In this document: one piece after another, positions 36,001 to 44,560 of the stretch
Numbering within the stretch: the first letter of the stretch is position 1
How the letters are laid out: each line of letters begins with the position of its first letter
Assembly (NCBI GenBank): GCA_024280885.1
Contig: JAJRPF010000055.1
Span: forward strand, 39,674 to 103,673
DNA length: 64,000 nt
Direction: 5' to 3'
Source of the DNA: Planctomycetota bacterium
Lineage (GTDB): Bacteria > Planctomycetota > JAJSAM01 > JAJVHW01
The notes under the pieces: generated by a model
The model's database searches: none
What the model was told of the DNA's origin: nothing
Seen by the model: the letters and a program-made list of their open reading frames with translations, nothing else
Translations under genes and position numbers: made by a program

Positions 36001-38571
36001 CTGGGGCGCGTTGTCGGTCTCTATCGTTCGGCTGGGCTCTTGCGTTTCGCGCCGGCAGCGCGCGCCGCAGCATGCCTGTCGTGGGCGTTTGGACCGGAGG
36101 ATCAGTCCGCTGCGCGCGCGCGTCTTCGCCGTCGGGCGCAGAGCTTGCAACGACTCCGACAAGCGTTCACCCAGAGCGACGCGATCGTGTTGCTCGAACG
36201 CGATCTGACCGAGATCGTCGTGGCGTTCCATGCTGATGCGGGGCTCGAAGTGAGTGAAGGGGACGGACGCGTCGCCGGCCGCTATCTCTTCGAGCAACTC
36301 GGTATCGCGGAGGAACGCTTCGTCGCAGGGGGAGAGGCGTCGGGCGTTCTCTCCGCCTTCCTTGCGCATGTGGACTCGCTCGGGTCGCGACGGGACCTCG
36401 AAGAGGATCTCGAACGACTCGACGGCGAGTTGGCGCAGCAGCACGCACTGCTCTCGGCGTGGCTGACAGCATGGGCGGACTCGCGCGACGAAGCAGAGGC
36501 CGATGCGGCCCGTGCCGTGCTGCCCGAGGCTGTCGCGTTGCAACTGATCGGCGAACGCTTGCCGCGCGAAGTGCAGACGGCGACTTCGCGGACGACCGTC
36601 GAGGGACTGCTCGGTCAGCACAAGCGGATCGCAGAGCGTCAGATGGACGTTCGGCTGGACGCATTTCTCGGTCGACTCTCGCGCTTCGCACACGAGCGGG
36701 TGCCTGGCTATCGCGCCTACCAGACGCGCCGCGCCAAGTTGCTTGCCCGTGAGAAGAGCCGCCTCCGGATCTCGGAGTTCATGCCGCGGGTGCTTTCGTC
36801 ATTCGTACGCAACCGCCTGATCGACGAGGCGTACCTGCCCCTGATCGGGGACAATCTCGCGAAGCAACTCGGCGCCCGCGGCGCGGCGAAGCGCACGGAC
36901 CTGATGGGGCTCTTGCTCCTCATCTCGCCCCCCGGCTACGGCAAGACGACGTTGATGGAGTACATCGCGAACCGCCTCGGGTTGGTCTTCATGAAAATCA
37001 ACGGTCCGGCGTTGGGGCATTCCGTCACGTCGCTCGATCCGGGCGAGGCCCCGAATGCCACGGCGCGTCAGGAAGTCGAGAAGATCAACCTGGCGCTCGA
37101 GATGGGCAATAACGTGTTGCTCTACCTCGACGACATCCAGCACACGCACCCAGAGTTGCTCCAGAAGTTCATCTCTCTGTGTGACGCCCAGCGCAAGATC
37201 GAGGGCATGTGGCGCGGGACGACGCGCACATACGACCTGCGCGGAAAGAAGTTCGTCGTCTGCATGGCAGGCAATCCCTACACGGAATCGGGCGAGCGGT
37301 TCCAGGTGCCGGACATGCTGGCGAATCGCGCCGACGTCTACAATCTGGGCGATGTGCTCGGCGGCAAGGAAGAGCTCTTCGCGCTCAGCTACATCGAGAA
37401 TGCGCTCACGTCGAATACGGTGCTGGCCCAGATCGCCACACACGACCACCGCGACATTCATCCGCTCGTGCGCATGGCGCAGGGGGCGGAGATCCCGGCC
37501 TCGGAATTGAACCACCAGTACTCGCGCGTTGAACTCGACGAGTTGCTCTCCGTCCTGCGCAAGGTCCTGCGTGTCCAGGAGGTCCTACTCGCCGTCAATC
37601 GCGAGTACATCCGTTCCGCGTCGATGGACGACGACTATCGCACCGAGCCGCCGTTCCAGTTGCAGGGCAGCTATCGCAACATGAACAAGCTGGCCGAGAA
37701 GATCGTGCCGGTGATGAACGACGCCGAGCTCGAGGCACTGCTTGTCGATCACTATCTGGGAGAGGCGCAGACGCTGACGTCGGGGGCGGAGCAGAATCTG
37801 CTCAAGCTCTCCGAACTGCGCGGGCAGATGACGGAGGCCGAGCAGGCGCGGTGGACGGAGATCAAAGATGCGTTCGCGCGCCGCCGCATGATGGGTGGCG
37901 ACGACGACGATCCGGTTGTCCGCGTGACCTCGCAGCTCATTCGCTTGGGCGACAGCGTCGGCAGCATCGGAGAATCGATCCGCGAGGCCGCAGACGAGAG
38001 CCGCATTCGCCAGAAATCGTGGGAGCAAGCGCTGGTGACGCGTCGCGAAGCACAGGTCGAGACCGATGCCGCGCTCGTCGCCGCGCGTGACGATGAGGGC
38101 GAAAGGGACGCCGCCGCCGACGCTCCCGCACTCGCTGATGCACTGGCGCAGACGCTCGGTCCGGTCCTCGCGCAGCTCGAGGCGACACTGGTCACGCTCT
38201 CGAATCGGCAAACCCTGGCCGATTCCGCGCCATCAGCGGCGGCACGTGACGTGGCGGCTGGTTCAGCCGAAGACGATGCTGCAGACAAGGTCGCCACGCT
38301 CGCCGCGCGGCAGTCGGAGATCATCGAGGTGGGGCTCCTGCCCGTGCTGCGTTCCATGAACCAGAACCTCAAGATCTCGCGTGCTGTGTGGGAGCGTCTG
38401 GAGGGGGTGCAGCGACGGCTCGACGCGCTTGCTGGCAAGTCGGCAGCGAAGCGTGCCAAGAAGACTGCCAAGAAGGCGTCGAAGTCGGCGTCCAAGAAGT
38501 CCGGGGCGCAAGCGGCGGCGAAGCGGTCGTCCCCGTCGGGTGACGGTAACTCGGATCCGTCACCTGCGTAG
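33013..38571 (+). CDS. Giant (1852-aa) protein: N-terminal beta-rich domain, long coiled-coil middle, C-terminal MoxR/dynein-like AAA+ ATPase domain, basic C-terminal tail
   Basis: Walker A ISPPGYGKTT, Walker B LLYLDDIQH, sensor region FVVCMAGNPYTESGERFQVPDMLANRADVYNLG; starts 8 bp after the flotillin stop (GTG 33013); such proteins are often labelled 'DNA repair ATPase' without evidence. Confidence 0.7.
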   Translation: MSDDKQSANADPGGGAQTIEEGTYEVIRNRLLSHGKELAGKADSLNEARIEIFGGSRMSIIGNERVRTENNCVPRDIVAIGNEILFGYNVFLGLKTETKLADVFSLQRFEATATGFQFSAATGAEGPISGRNPVADEVFQKHFRDLYQYYKDAKLQSLRKVDGKLLAIFQVGRYLTDVKGFQWALGADGSVTYIDNLGDRHNRYPPTHDFEWTATTRENHISGQHPHVSVLDEVFVETVGGDLTVKVEDNTTDGLGIYREPVVDADQALDDAQIDYAKLGSLILMRVKPYLEEERRYLVFNTLTRRVHRIDAIGNACVQLPEDHGIIFPGGYYLQRGETKVFDANIEGMTIERVVHSPNGEDVLYVFHRTRDGVYVLLPYNMIRKEVDTPLHCRGFCLFEDGRMILLRASGDEPTRVHAMQIWQTPFTSDVFAAQAPTGDSYLEKIGNADLVRGISDCLSIRRMIEEQSPTREMYEELIAATTRVLDHYHWLAATEIGDFQATLREVLQTAELVVDEFEKVQVLRGDAAKAMAVAEERKTELFRSIRPSEWKSVDDFVGALSGMRQERGRLITLRAVRYVDVARIERFEEEVVQRFGEVSAKAVDFLVDADALRPYHVRIEEVEADIESVTKVTDAVPLAESLESIGEGLDLLTEVVGGLEIDDTTVRTQILESISEAMAALNRVRALVTARRRELGHKEGVAEFGAQFALFSQSVASALALAETPSKCDDQMSRLLVQLEELEAKFSEFDDFLEQLTTKREEVVEALGGKKQMLLDQRQRRAQQLMQAVERILGGVARRASAFSEIDDLNAYFVSDPMILKVRDLAEKLRDLDDSVRADEADSRLKSAREDAVRSLRDKRDIFEEGGAVIRLGKHAFSVNTQTLDLTMVPHADGIALHLTGTDFREQVEDDAFAATRTYWSQDVVSETAEVYRAEYLAYSLLAAAERGEDGLNMARLTEAALDETKLLAVVREAAGTRYDEGYERGVHDHDAALILGRVVGLYRSAGLLRFAPAARAAACLSWAFGPEDQSAARARLRRRAQSLQRLRQAFTQSDAIVLLERDLTEIVVAFHADAGLEVSEGDGRVAGRYLFEQLGIAEERFVAGGEASGVLSAFLAHVDSLGSRRDLEEDLERLDGELAQQHALLSAWLTAWADSRDEAEADAARAVLPEAVALQLIGERLPREVQTATSRTTVEGLLGQHKRIAERQMDVRLDAFLGRLSRFAHERVPGYRAYQTRRAKLLAREKSRLRISEFMPRVLSSFVRNRLIDEAYLPLIGDNLAKQLGARGAAKRTDLMGLLLLISPPGYGKTTLMEYIANRLGLVFMKINGPALGHSVTSLDPGEAPNATARQEVEKINLALEMGNNVLLYLDDIQHTHPELLQKFISLCDAQRKIEGMWRGTTRTYDLRGKKFVVCMAGNPYTESGERFQVPDMLANRADVYNLGDVLGGKEELFALSYIENALTSNTVLAQIATHDHRDIHPLVRMAQGAEIPASELNHQYSRVELDELLSVLRKVLRVQEVLLAVNREYIRSASMDDDYRTEPPFQLQGSYRNMNKLAEKIVPVMNDAELEALLVDHYLGEAQTLTSGAEQNLLKLSELRGQMTEAEQARWTEIKDAFARRRMMGGDDDDPVVRVTSQLIRLGDSVGSIGESIREAADESRIRQKSWEQALVTRREAQVETDAALVAARDDEGERDAAADAPALADALAQTLGPVLAQLEATLVTLSNRQTLADSAPSAAARDVAAGSAEDDAADKVATLAARQSEIIEVGLLPVLRSMNQNLKISRAVWERLEGVQRRLDALAGKSAAKRAKKTAKKASKSASKKSGAQAAAKRSSPSGDGNSDPSPA

Positions 38572-38664
38572 GGCACCACGCCGCGTGTGAGATCCGCGCT
38601 TCGGGAACTGGGTTGCAACCCATAGCGTTCTCGTGCGTTATGGACTGCAGAGAGGGACTCAACC

Positions 38665-40038
38665 ATGCTTGCGACCCACATGCGAACGACTCATGCACTC
38701 GCCTTGCTCCGGAAGATGGCGAATTTTGCGCTGGCGCTCGGACTGCTCACCGCCGCGTCGCTTCCGGCCTCGGCTCAGGACCGCTCGGCGAAGAACGCGT
38801 TACCGCGCTGGGCGCCGTCGATCGAGAAGGGACTCGCAGAGGCGACGGAACGTGGCGTCGCGATGATGGTCGCGCTCAACATGGACGACGAGCGCGGCAA
38901 CCAGGGGATGGTGGACAACGTCTACACGGACAAGAAGTTCCTGCAGGCAACGGAGAAGTGTGTTGTCGCGATCGGTTCCCTGTTCCAGCACGGCGCCGGA
39001 GGCTCGGCAATCTGTGAGCGCTTTGGCACGATCACATGCGCCCAACATCAGGCGATCGAGAAGGTCATCCGGCAGGACTGGCTGAAGCGCGGTCCCAACG
39101 ATGACGTCGAGAGTCCGCGGCACTTCTTCCTCGCCCCCGATGGCCGCATGCTCTTCCAACGCACGTGGACGATGCGAGCTGGCGCGCTTGCCGAATTGAT
39201 GACACGGGCATCGGAACTCTGCACGCCAGGGCGGTTGGCGAATTGGAACACCCTCGACGCGAAGTTGGAGCGCGCCGCAGATACGGCCCAGTCCGTGCGC
39301 GAAGCTGCGCTGGAAGAGTTGATCGCCGAGAACGACCCGGAGATCGACGCGCAACTCGCCACCCTCGCGAAGAAGTCCAAGGAGCCGATGGTGACCGGTT
39401 CCATCCTTGCATCGTTCGCCCTCGCGAAGACTCCCGAGCGTCGCGCACTTGCCCACTCGGCGCTCTCGCACAAGGCGCCCGAGGTCCGCATGCTGGTCGC
39501 ACACGCCATGCACCAGAGCGGTGCGGGAGATCATCTGAAGCCGCTCCTGAAGCGCACCGGAAAGGAGCGCGACCGAGCCGCCAAGGGCGAGATGTATCGC
39601 GCGCTTGGCATCCTCGCACCTGACCAGAAGGACGAGGCCAAGGCGCTCAAACTGATCCTGAAAGGCGTGGGGAACTCAAAGGACGATGGGCGTGCTCATG
39701 CGTGTGTCGCCAGCGCGCATTGGGTGAACGAGAAGGGCGTGCGCGCCGCACTCGAGAAGGTGCTCGTGCAGGGCGGCTCACGCGTTCTTCGTTCGTCCGC
39801 TGTGTGGGCTCTCGGCTACAGCGACGCGAAGGGCATAAAGAAGACCCTTCAGACGTACCGCGATGGCCTGTCGCGACGGGACTGGCGCGTGAAGCAAGTG
39901 ACCGACGCGGCGATCGCCAAGTTGCGCGGCCTGGTGAAGAACGAGGCGGCGTACGACGCCGCGCCGGAGAAGTTCCTCCCTCATCCGGCGGACGGAGTCG
40001 AGGACGACGAAGACTCCGACGGCGGCCGCAGGCGTTGA
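38665..40038 (+). CDS. Secreted thioredoxin-fold (DUF255-like) plus HEAT-repeat protein
   Basis: Signal peptide; N-terminal thioredoxin-like segment (MMVALNMDDERGNQGMVDNVYTDKKF...); C-terminal HEAT/PBS-lyase-like repeats. Confidence 0.55.
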   Translation: MLATHMRTTHALALLRKMANFALALGLLTAASLPASAQDRSAKNALPRWAPSIEKGLAEATERGVAMMVALNMDDERGNQGMVDNVYTDKKFLQATEKCVVAIGSLFQHGAGGSAICERFGTITCAQHQAIEKVIRQDWLKRGPNDDVESPRHFFLAPDGRMLFQRTWTMRAGALAELMTRASELCTPGRLANWNTLDAKLERAADTAQSVREAALEELIAENDPEIDAQLATLAKKSKEPMVTGSILASFALAKTPERRALAHSALSHKAPEVRMLVAHAMHQSGAGDHLKPLLKRTGKERDRAAKGEMYRALGILAPDQKDEAKALKLILKGVGNSKDDGRAHACVASAHWVNEKGVRAALEKVLVQGGSRVLRSSAVWALGYSDAKGIKKTLQTYRDGLSRRDWRVKQVTDAAIAKLRGLVKNEAAYDAAPEKFLPHPADGVEDDEDSDGGRRR

Positions 40039-40175
40039 TAGGGCGCGGAAGCTCTCATCGTCGGCGCGTGTTGGTGTGCTCAGAAGCAGCGCACGAACCG
40101 AACGACTAACCGGCTCTCACGGTCCGGCTCTTCCCCATGTCGTGGGGCGCACGCGTGCTCTGGGGAGGACGCACG

Positions 40176-41678
40176 ATGGCCGACGTTTCCGCAAACGACG
40201 CGGCGCTGAATTCCAGGGGCCGCACGCACGCGCACGCTTCCCCGCGCGTCCTCGCGTACTACGCCGGCGCCGCCACGCTGATCGGTTTCTACGGCGGTCA
40301 GGTCTGTTCGTTTCTGGAGACGCTTGGCGCGGGCCGGATCATTCTCATTATGGGGAGTGCATTCGGCCTGGCGTTGATTGCGCGCTACCTGCTCGAACCG
40401 CACTTTGTCGATTGCGCCCCCGACGTGGCCCAGGGCCGGAGACAGCTGGTCCTCGACTTCGGGCTCTTTCTGGCTGTCGGCTTCGGTGTGACGTTCTGGG
40501 ACATTGCGGTCCACCGTTTTCCGGTTGTCAGCGGAGTCAAGCTGACGCTCGGCTGCGCGACAATCGGCGTCTTTGCGGCGATCGACCTTGCGTTGGAAAG
40601 AGAGCGACACGTCGCGCGTCGCCTCATCGCTTCCGGCGCGTCCGGCAAACTCGTACGCCGCGGCGCGTCTGTGACACTCAAGCTCGCCGTTCCGGCGCTG
40701 AGTCTCACGGCGCTGGTTGCAACCGATGTCGCCCTGCTCGTGAACAAGGACCTCGACTACCTCGCTTCAGCGGGGCCGGAAGAGGTCGGTGCCGCACGCA
40801 TGGCGGTCGTCACGGAGATCGGGTTCGTGATGGCGGTGCTTTCCGTCCTACTGGTCGTCGTCATCGTCTCGTTCTCACGCAATCTCCGGCTCTTCTTCGA
40901 CAACGAGACGGCGATCCTGGAGGACGTCGCTGCAGGTGACTTGGAGCGGTACGTTCCAGTAGCCAGTGACGACGAATTCGGTCTCATCGCGAGTCATACC
41001 AATCAGATGATCGACGGGCTCCGCGAGCGCCGACGGGTGAAGCAGATCTTCGGGAAGATGGTCAGCCCGAAACTCGCCAAGCGCATCCTAGAGTCCGACG
41101 TGGGAATGCGGCCGTCCGGGACACGTCGACGCGTGGCCGTGCTCTTCTCAGATGTCCGCAACTTCACGACGCGCACCGAGAACAGCCCCGCCGAGGAAGT
41201 CGTGAACGATCTCAATCTCTACTTCGAGCAGATGGTGGCGATCGTCCATCGACACGGCGGGGGGGGGGACAAGTTCATCGGCGATGGGATGATGGCCGTC
41301 TTCGGTGTCGAGGACGTCGAAGGGGCCGCCGACGCGTCCGTTCAGGCGGGCATCGAGATGCTCGCGGCCGTCGAGGAACTCAATCCGCGGCTCACCGCGC
41401 CCATCGCGATTGGCGTGGGCGTTCACATCGGCGATGTGATCGCGGGGAGCATCGGCTCCACAGAGCGTCTCGAGTACACCTTCATTGGCGACGCGGTGAA
41501 CGTGGCTGCGCGCCTCGAGGGCCTCACGAAGGAAGTGGGTGCCCCGCTGGTCGTCTCGGCCGTGACCCGCGACGAGATTCAGGATGCTGATCTCCGCCGC
41601 TGCCTCGTCGATCTGGGTGCCCACGCGTTGAAGGGCAAGGCGCAGGCTTTACCGGTTTGGGGTGTCCCGGCGGCGTGA
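40176..41678 (+). CDS. Membrane-bound class III adenylate/guanylate cyclase with HAMP-like linker
   Basis: Six N-terminal TM segments; cyclase core RRVAVLFSDVRNFTTRTE...FIGDGMMAVFG...IAIGVGVHIGDVIAGSIGS...YTFIGDAVNVAARLEG. Confidence 0.85.
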   Translation: MADVSANDAALNSRGRTHAHASPRVLAYYAGAATLIGFYGGQVCSFLETLGAGRIILIMGSAFGLALIARYLLEPHFVDCAPDVAQGRRQLVLDFGLFLAVGFGVTFWDIAVHRFPVVSGVKLTLGCATIGVFAAIDLALERERHVARRLIASGASGKLVRRGASVTLKLAVPALSLTALVATDVALLVNKDLDYLASAGPEEVGAARMAVVTEIGFVMAVLSVLLVVVIVSFSRNLRLFFDNETAILEDVAAGDLERYVPVASDDEFGLIASHTNQMIDGLRERRRVKQIFGKMVSPKLAKRILESDVGMRPSGTRRRVAVLFSDVRNFTTRTENSPAEEVVNDLNLYFEQMVAIVHRHGGGGDKFIGDGMMAVFGVEDVEGAADASVQAGIEMLAAVEELNPRLTAPIAIGVGVHIGDVIAGSIGSTERLEYTFIGDAVNVAARLEGLTKEVGAPLVVSAVTRDEIQDADLRRCLVDLGAHALKGKAQALPVWGVPAA

Positions 41679-41699
41679 TCACACAGGTGCGCGCGGCAC

Positions 41700-41810
41700 T
41701 CAGTCGTCGTCTTCGAGCTGGGCTCGAACGAACCAGCCGATCCCGATTCCGAAGAGAATGGAGAGTGGGATTGCCCATATATGCGGCCAGAAGGTGATGT
41801 CCATCATTGT
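41700..41810 (-). CDS. Possible 36-aa hydrophobic micro-protein (MMDITFWPHIWAIPLSILFGIGIGWFVRAQLEDDD)
   Basis: Below the ORF-track size cutoff; single TM helix; no clear SD; sits just after the cyclase gene on the opposite strand. Confidence 0.25.
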   Translation of the reverse strand, partial: TMMDITFWPHIWAIPLSILFGIGIGWFVRAQLEDDD

Positions 41811-42035
41811 CCGCGGAGTGTAGCGCGACCCGGGTGCGCGACCGAACGCAACTGCGCGGAGTGAAGCGCAGCCGGCTCTGCCGACGCGACCTGGACGTCA
41901 TGCGCTTGCCCGTGTCCGGTGACAGCGCGGCGGATGACAGCCTGGCGCACGGTGCTACGATCACGTGAGGATCGCTGTCGGGGCTGTTCAGTTGCCTCGG
42001 CGTGTGTCAGCGACGCACTGGGTCAGCGAGGAAAC

Positions 42036-43832
42036 ATGCGAGCCATTCTCTCCGGGATCTTGACGGGCGTCATCGGGGTGGGCCTGCTGCCGTCGGGCGC
42101 CTTTGCCCACGGTGGGTACTACCAGGGACCGCGCACGCCGAGCGGCGTGCCGATCCCTACGTCCGGACCGACGACAGGCGGGGGATTGCGCGGGGGGCCA
42201 ACGACGGGCGGTGGCGGCTATGGTCCCGCCGTCACTGGGCGCAAGGGGAAGAAGGTCCGCGAGGTCACTCCCTCGACCACGACTCTCCCCCCTGCGTTCG
42301 CCGATCCGCCTGTGATGGCGACCGGTTGGGAGCAATGGTGGGCCTTCCACCGCGAGGAGTTCCTCCGTACCGAACCCGGCGGCGCGCGACCGCTCGACGT
42401 CACGCCGCGGCAGCGCGACAGCGGCGACGGCCCGCCGGAGGGAGTACGCGAGGCCGCGGTCCGCGCGCTGATCGCAGCGAGCAAGGAGGGATCGGCCGAC
42501 GTGCGTGCGTCCGCCGCTCTCGCGCTCGCGCGGACCGACGATGAGCGCGCGGTCGCCGTGCTGCGCAGTATGGCAAGTGACGACGCGGCGGACGACGTGC
42601 GCGATGTCGCGCTGCTCGCGCTCGGCATCGTCGGTGGGCCGATCGAGGTGCCCTTCCTGCACGGGGTTTTCTCTGATGCCTCTAGGTCAGAACGCGCGCG
42701 CGCCTTGGCTGCGATCGCGCTCGGCATGGTGGGCGACGAGGACGCGGTCGATCTCATCGCGATGACACTCACTCCGGGTGAGAAGGCCGCCGCCAAGATC
42801 CCAGATGAAGTGATGGCCGCGGGCCTGATCGGGCTCGGTGCCGGCCGCCGACCGACTGCGGTCCCCGTGCTGCGCCAGGCCCTCACGAACGTGCGCCTGC
42901 ATTCGCTCGTACGTGCCCACGCGGCAACGGCACTCGGTGCGGTGGGGGACCGTGGTTCGCTGGAACTACTCCGTCGCCAGGTCCTGAACTCGCGCGAGCC
43001 GCTGGTGCGACAGAGTTGCGTCATCGCGCTCGGTCGCATGCTCTCGGTGGAAGACGTCGAGGCGATCAATGCGTTGCTCCACGTGGCGAAGGGCGACCGG
43101 GATCAGACGGTTCAGTCATTCGCGGCGCTGGCGCTCGGCGCCATCGACGGTGAGGCCGTTCGCGATCAGCTCCTCGTTCTCTTCGCGAGTTCGTCGGACA
43201 ACGACAAGACCTGGCGCGCGCTCGCGCTGGGACTGCAAGGCGATGCCACCGTCCTGCCCACGCTGCGCTCTGCTTTCCGGGCCGACGATCACGAGGAGAG
43301 TCTGCAAGGCGCATATGCGATCGCGATGGCGTTCTTGCACGACCGCGAAGCGAGAGCTCTTCTCGAATCCGAGGTCAGCCGACACCGGCGGTTCTGGTCA
43401 CCGACCTATGCCGCGCAAGCGCTGGCCATGCTCGGTTCACGCGAGAGCGCAGACGTCATTCACGCACGGCTCGATTGGGCCACCGATCCCAGACAACGCG
43501 CCGCGATGGCGACTGCCCTGGGCATCCTGGGCGACGAGCGCTCGACGAAGGCGATGGTGCAACAACTGCGCGGTGAGGACTCGATCTACCTGGCGTGTAC
43601 TGCCGCGATGGTGCTCGGGGCCGCGCGTCGAACAGATGCACTTGAAGAACTGATCAAGACCGCCGGTGATGTCGATCGCAACCGGTACGTGCGCGCCTGC
43701 GCCGCGTCGGCCATCGGTCGCATTCTCGACTCTGGCGACGTTCCGGTACTGGCCGACCTGCTCGCGCCGCAGCACTACCTCTCTCCGCTGGTCTCGATTG
43801 CGTTCGCGCGCGACATGCTTGACAAACGCTGA
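42036..43832 (+). CDS. HEAT/PBS-lyase-like repeat protein with Gly/Pro-rich N-terminal region and signal peptide
   Basis: Signal MRAILSGILTGVIGVGLLPSGAFA; Gly-rich low-complexity stretch; >10 repeats of the (D/E)xxVRxxAAxALG HEAT-like motif. Confidence 0.7.
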   Translation: MRAILSGILTGVIGVGLLPSGAFAHGGYYQGPRTPSGVPIPTSGPTTGGGLRGGPTTGGGGYGPAVTGRKGKKVREVTPSTTTLPPAFADPPVMATGWEQWWAFHREEFLRTEPGGARPLDVTPRQRDSGDGPPEGVREAAVRALIAASKEGSADVRASAALALARTDDERAVAVLRSMASDDAADDVRDVALLALGIVGGPIEVPFLHGVFSDASRSERARALAAIALGMVGDEDAVDLIAMTLTPGEKAAAKIPDEVMAAGLIGLGAGRRPTAVPVLRQALTNVRLHSLVRAHAATALGAVGDRGSLELLRRQVLNSREPLVRQSCVIALGRMLSVEDVEAINALLHVAKGDRDQTVQSFAALALGAIDGEAVRDQLLVLFASSSDNDKTWRALALGLQGDATVLPTLRSAFRADDHEESLQGAYAIAMAFLHDREARALLESEVSRHRRFWSPTYAAQALAMLGSRESADVIHARLDWATDPRQRAAMATALGILGDERSTKAMVQQLRGEDSIYLACTAAMVLGAARRTDALEELIKTAGDVDRNRYVRACAASAIGRILDSGDVPVLADLLAPQHYLSPLVSIAFARDMLDKR

Positions 43833-43894
43833 AGTCCGCTCAACCGTTCCAGACGCGTGGCTCTCCGCCGGCGGCTCGGCTCGGAATCGAACGA

Positions 43895-43920
43895 GGCCGC
43901 CGGGCGACTGCCCGGCGGCC
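43895..43920. terminator. Perfect 10-bp GC hairpin (ggccgccggg-cgactg-cccggcggcc) between convergent genes; likely bidirectional terminator
   Basis: Located 63 bp after the + strand HEAT gene stop and 32 bp after the - strand peroxiredoxin stop; weak U-tract. Confidence 0.4.
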
Positions 43921-43951
43921 TCCATGAATCTGTCCGGACGGACCTGACGGA

Positions 43952-44560
43952 TCAGCCGTTCAGCGCTTCGTGTACCTTGCCGACCATTTCCGGGCCCGGC
44001 GTCAAGGTCGCGTCGCCGTCGTCTTTCCACTTCGAGGGGCAACCTTCGTTGGCCTTCTTCGAGAGGTAGACGTTGGCCTTGAACTTGCGCAGCAACTCAT
44101 CGATGTTGCGGCCCATGTTGTAGAAGTTGACCTCGGAGTTCATCAGCACGCCCTGCGGGTTGATGATGAACGTGCCGCGCAGACACAGGCCGGACGTCTT
44201 GTCGTAGACGCCGAACTGCCGACCGAGCTTGCCCGTCGGGTCGGCCCCCATCGGGTACTTGACGTCGGCCAGCTCACCCTCGTGGCGCTGCCACGCAAGG
44301 TGCACGAACTCGGTGTCGGTGCTGACGGTCACGATCTCGCAACCCATCCGTTCGAAGCGCGTGTACTGCTCTGCCAGAGCAGCGAATTCGGTCGCTCAGA
44401 CGAATGTGAAGTCGGCGGGATAGAAGAAGAGAACCGTCCACTTCCCGGCCTCCTTGGCCTCCGCCAGACTGAACCTCCCGAATCCGCCAGTCTTGGGGTC
44501 GAACGTGTTGATCTCGAAGTCCTTGACCTCGCGACCGAGGCCTACCTTTGGCTTGCTCAT
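43952..44560 (-). CDS. prxU: Selenocysteine-containing typical 2-Cys peroxiredoxin (AhpC/Prx1 family; PrxU-like), in-frame TGA = Sec at the peroxidatic position
   Basis: Track splits it into 44396..44692 and 43952..44347, which share a frame and are separated only by TGA at 44396-44398. The TGA sits exactly where the peroxidatic Cys belongs (FYPADFTFV-U-ATEFAAL; canonical FTFVCPTE). Resolving Cys present (NEGCPSKW). ATG 44560 preceded by AGGAGGA. Confidence 0.8.
44366..44382 (-). promoter_or_regulatory. Putative bacterial SECIS stem-loop (CUGCUC-UGGCA-GAGCAG) starting 14 nt 3' of the in-frame UGA
   Basis: 6-bp perfect stem with a 5-nt loop containing GG, at the spacing expected for a bacterial SelB-binding hairpin directly downstream of a Sec codon. 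Confidence 0.5.
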
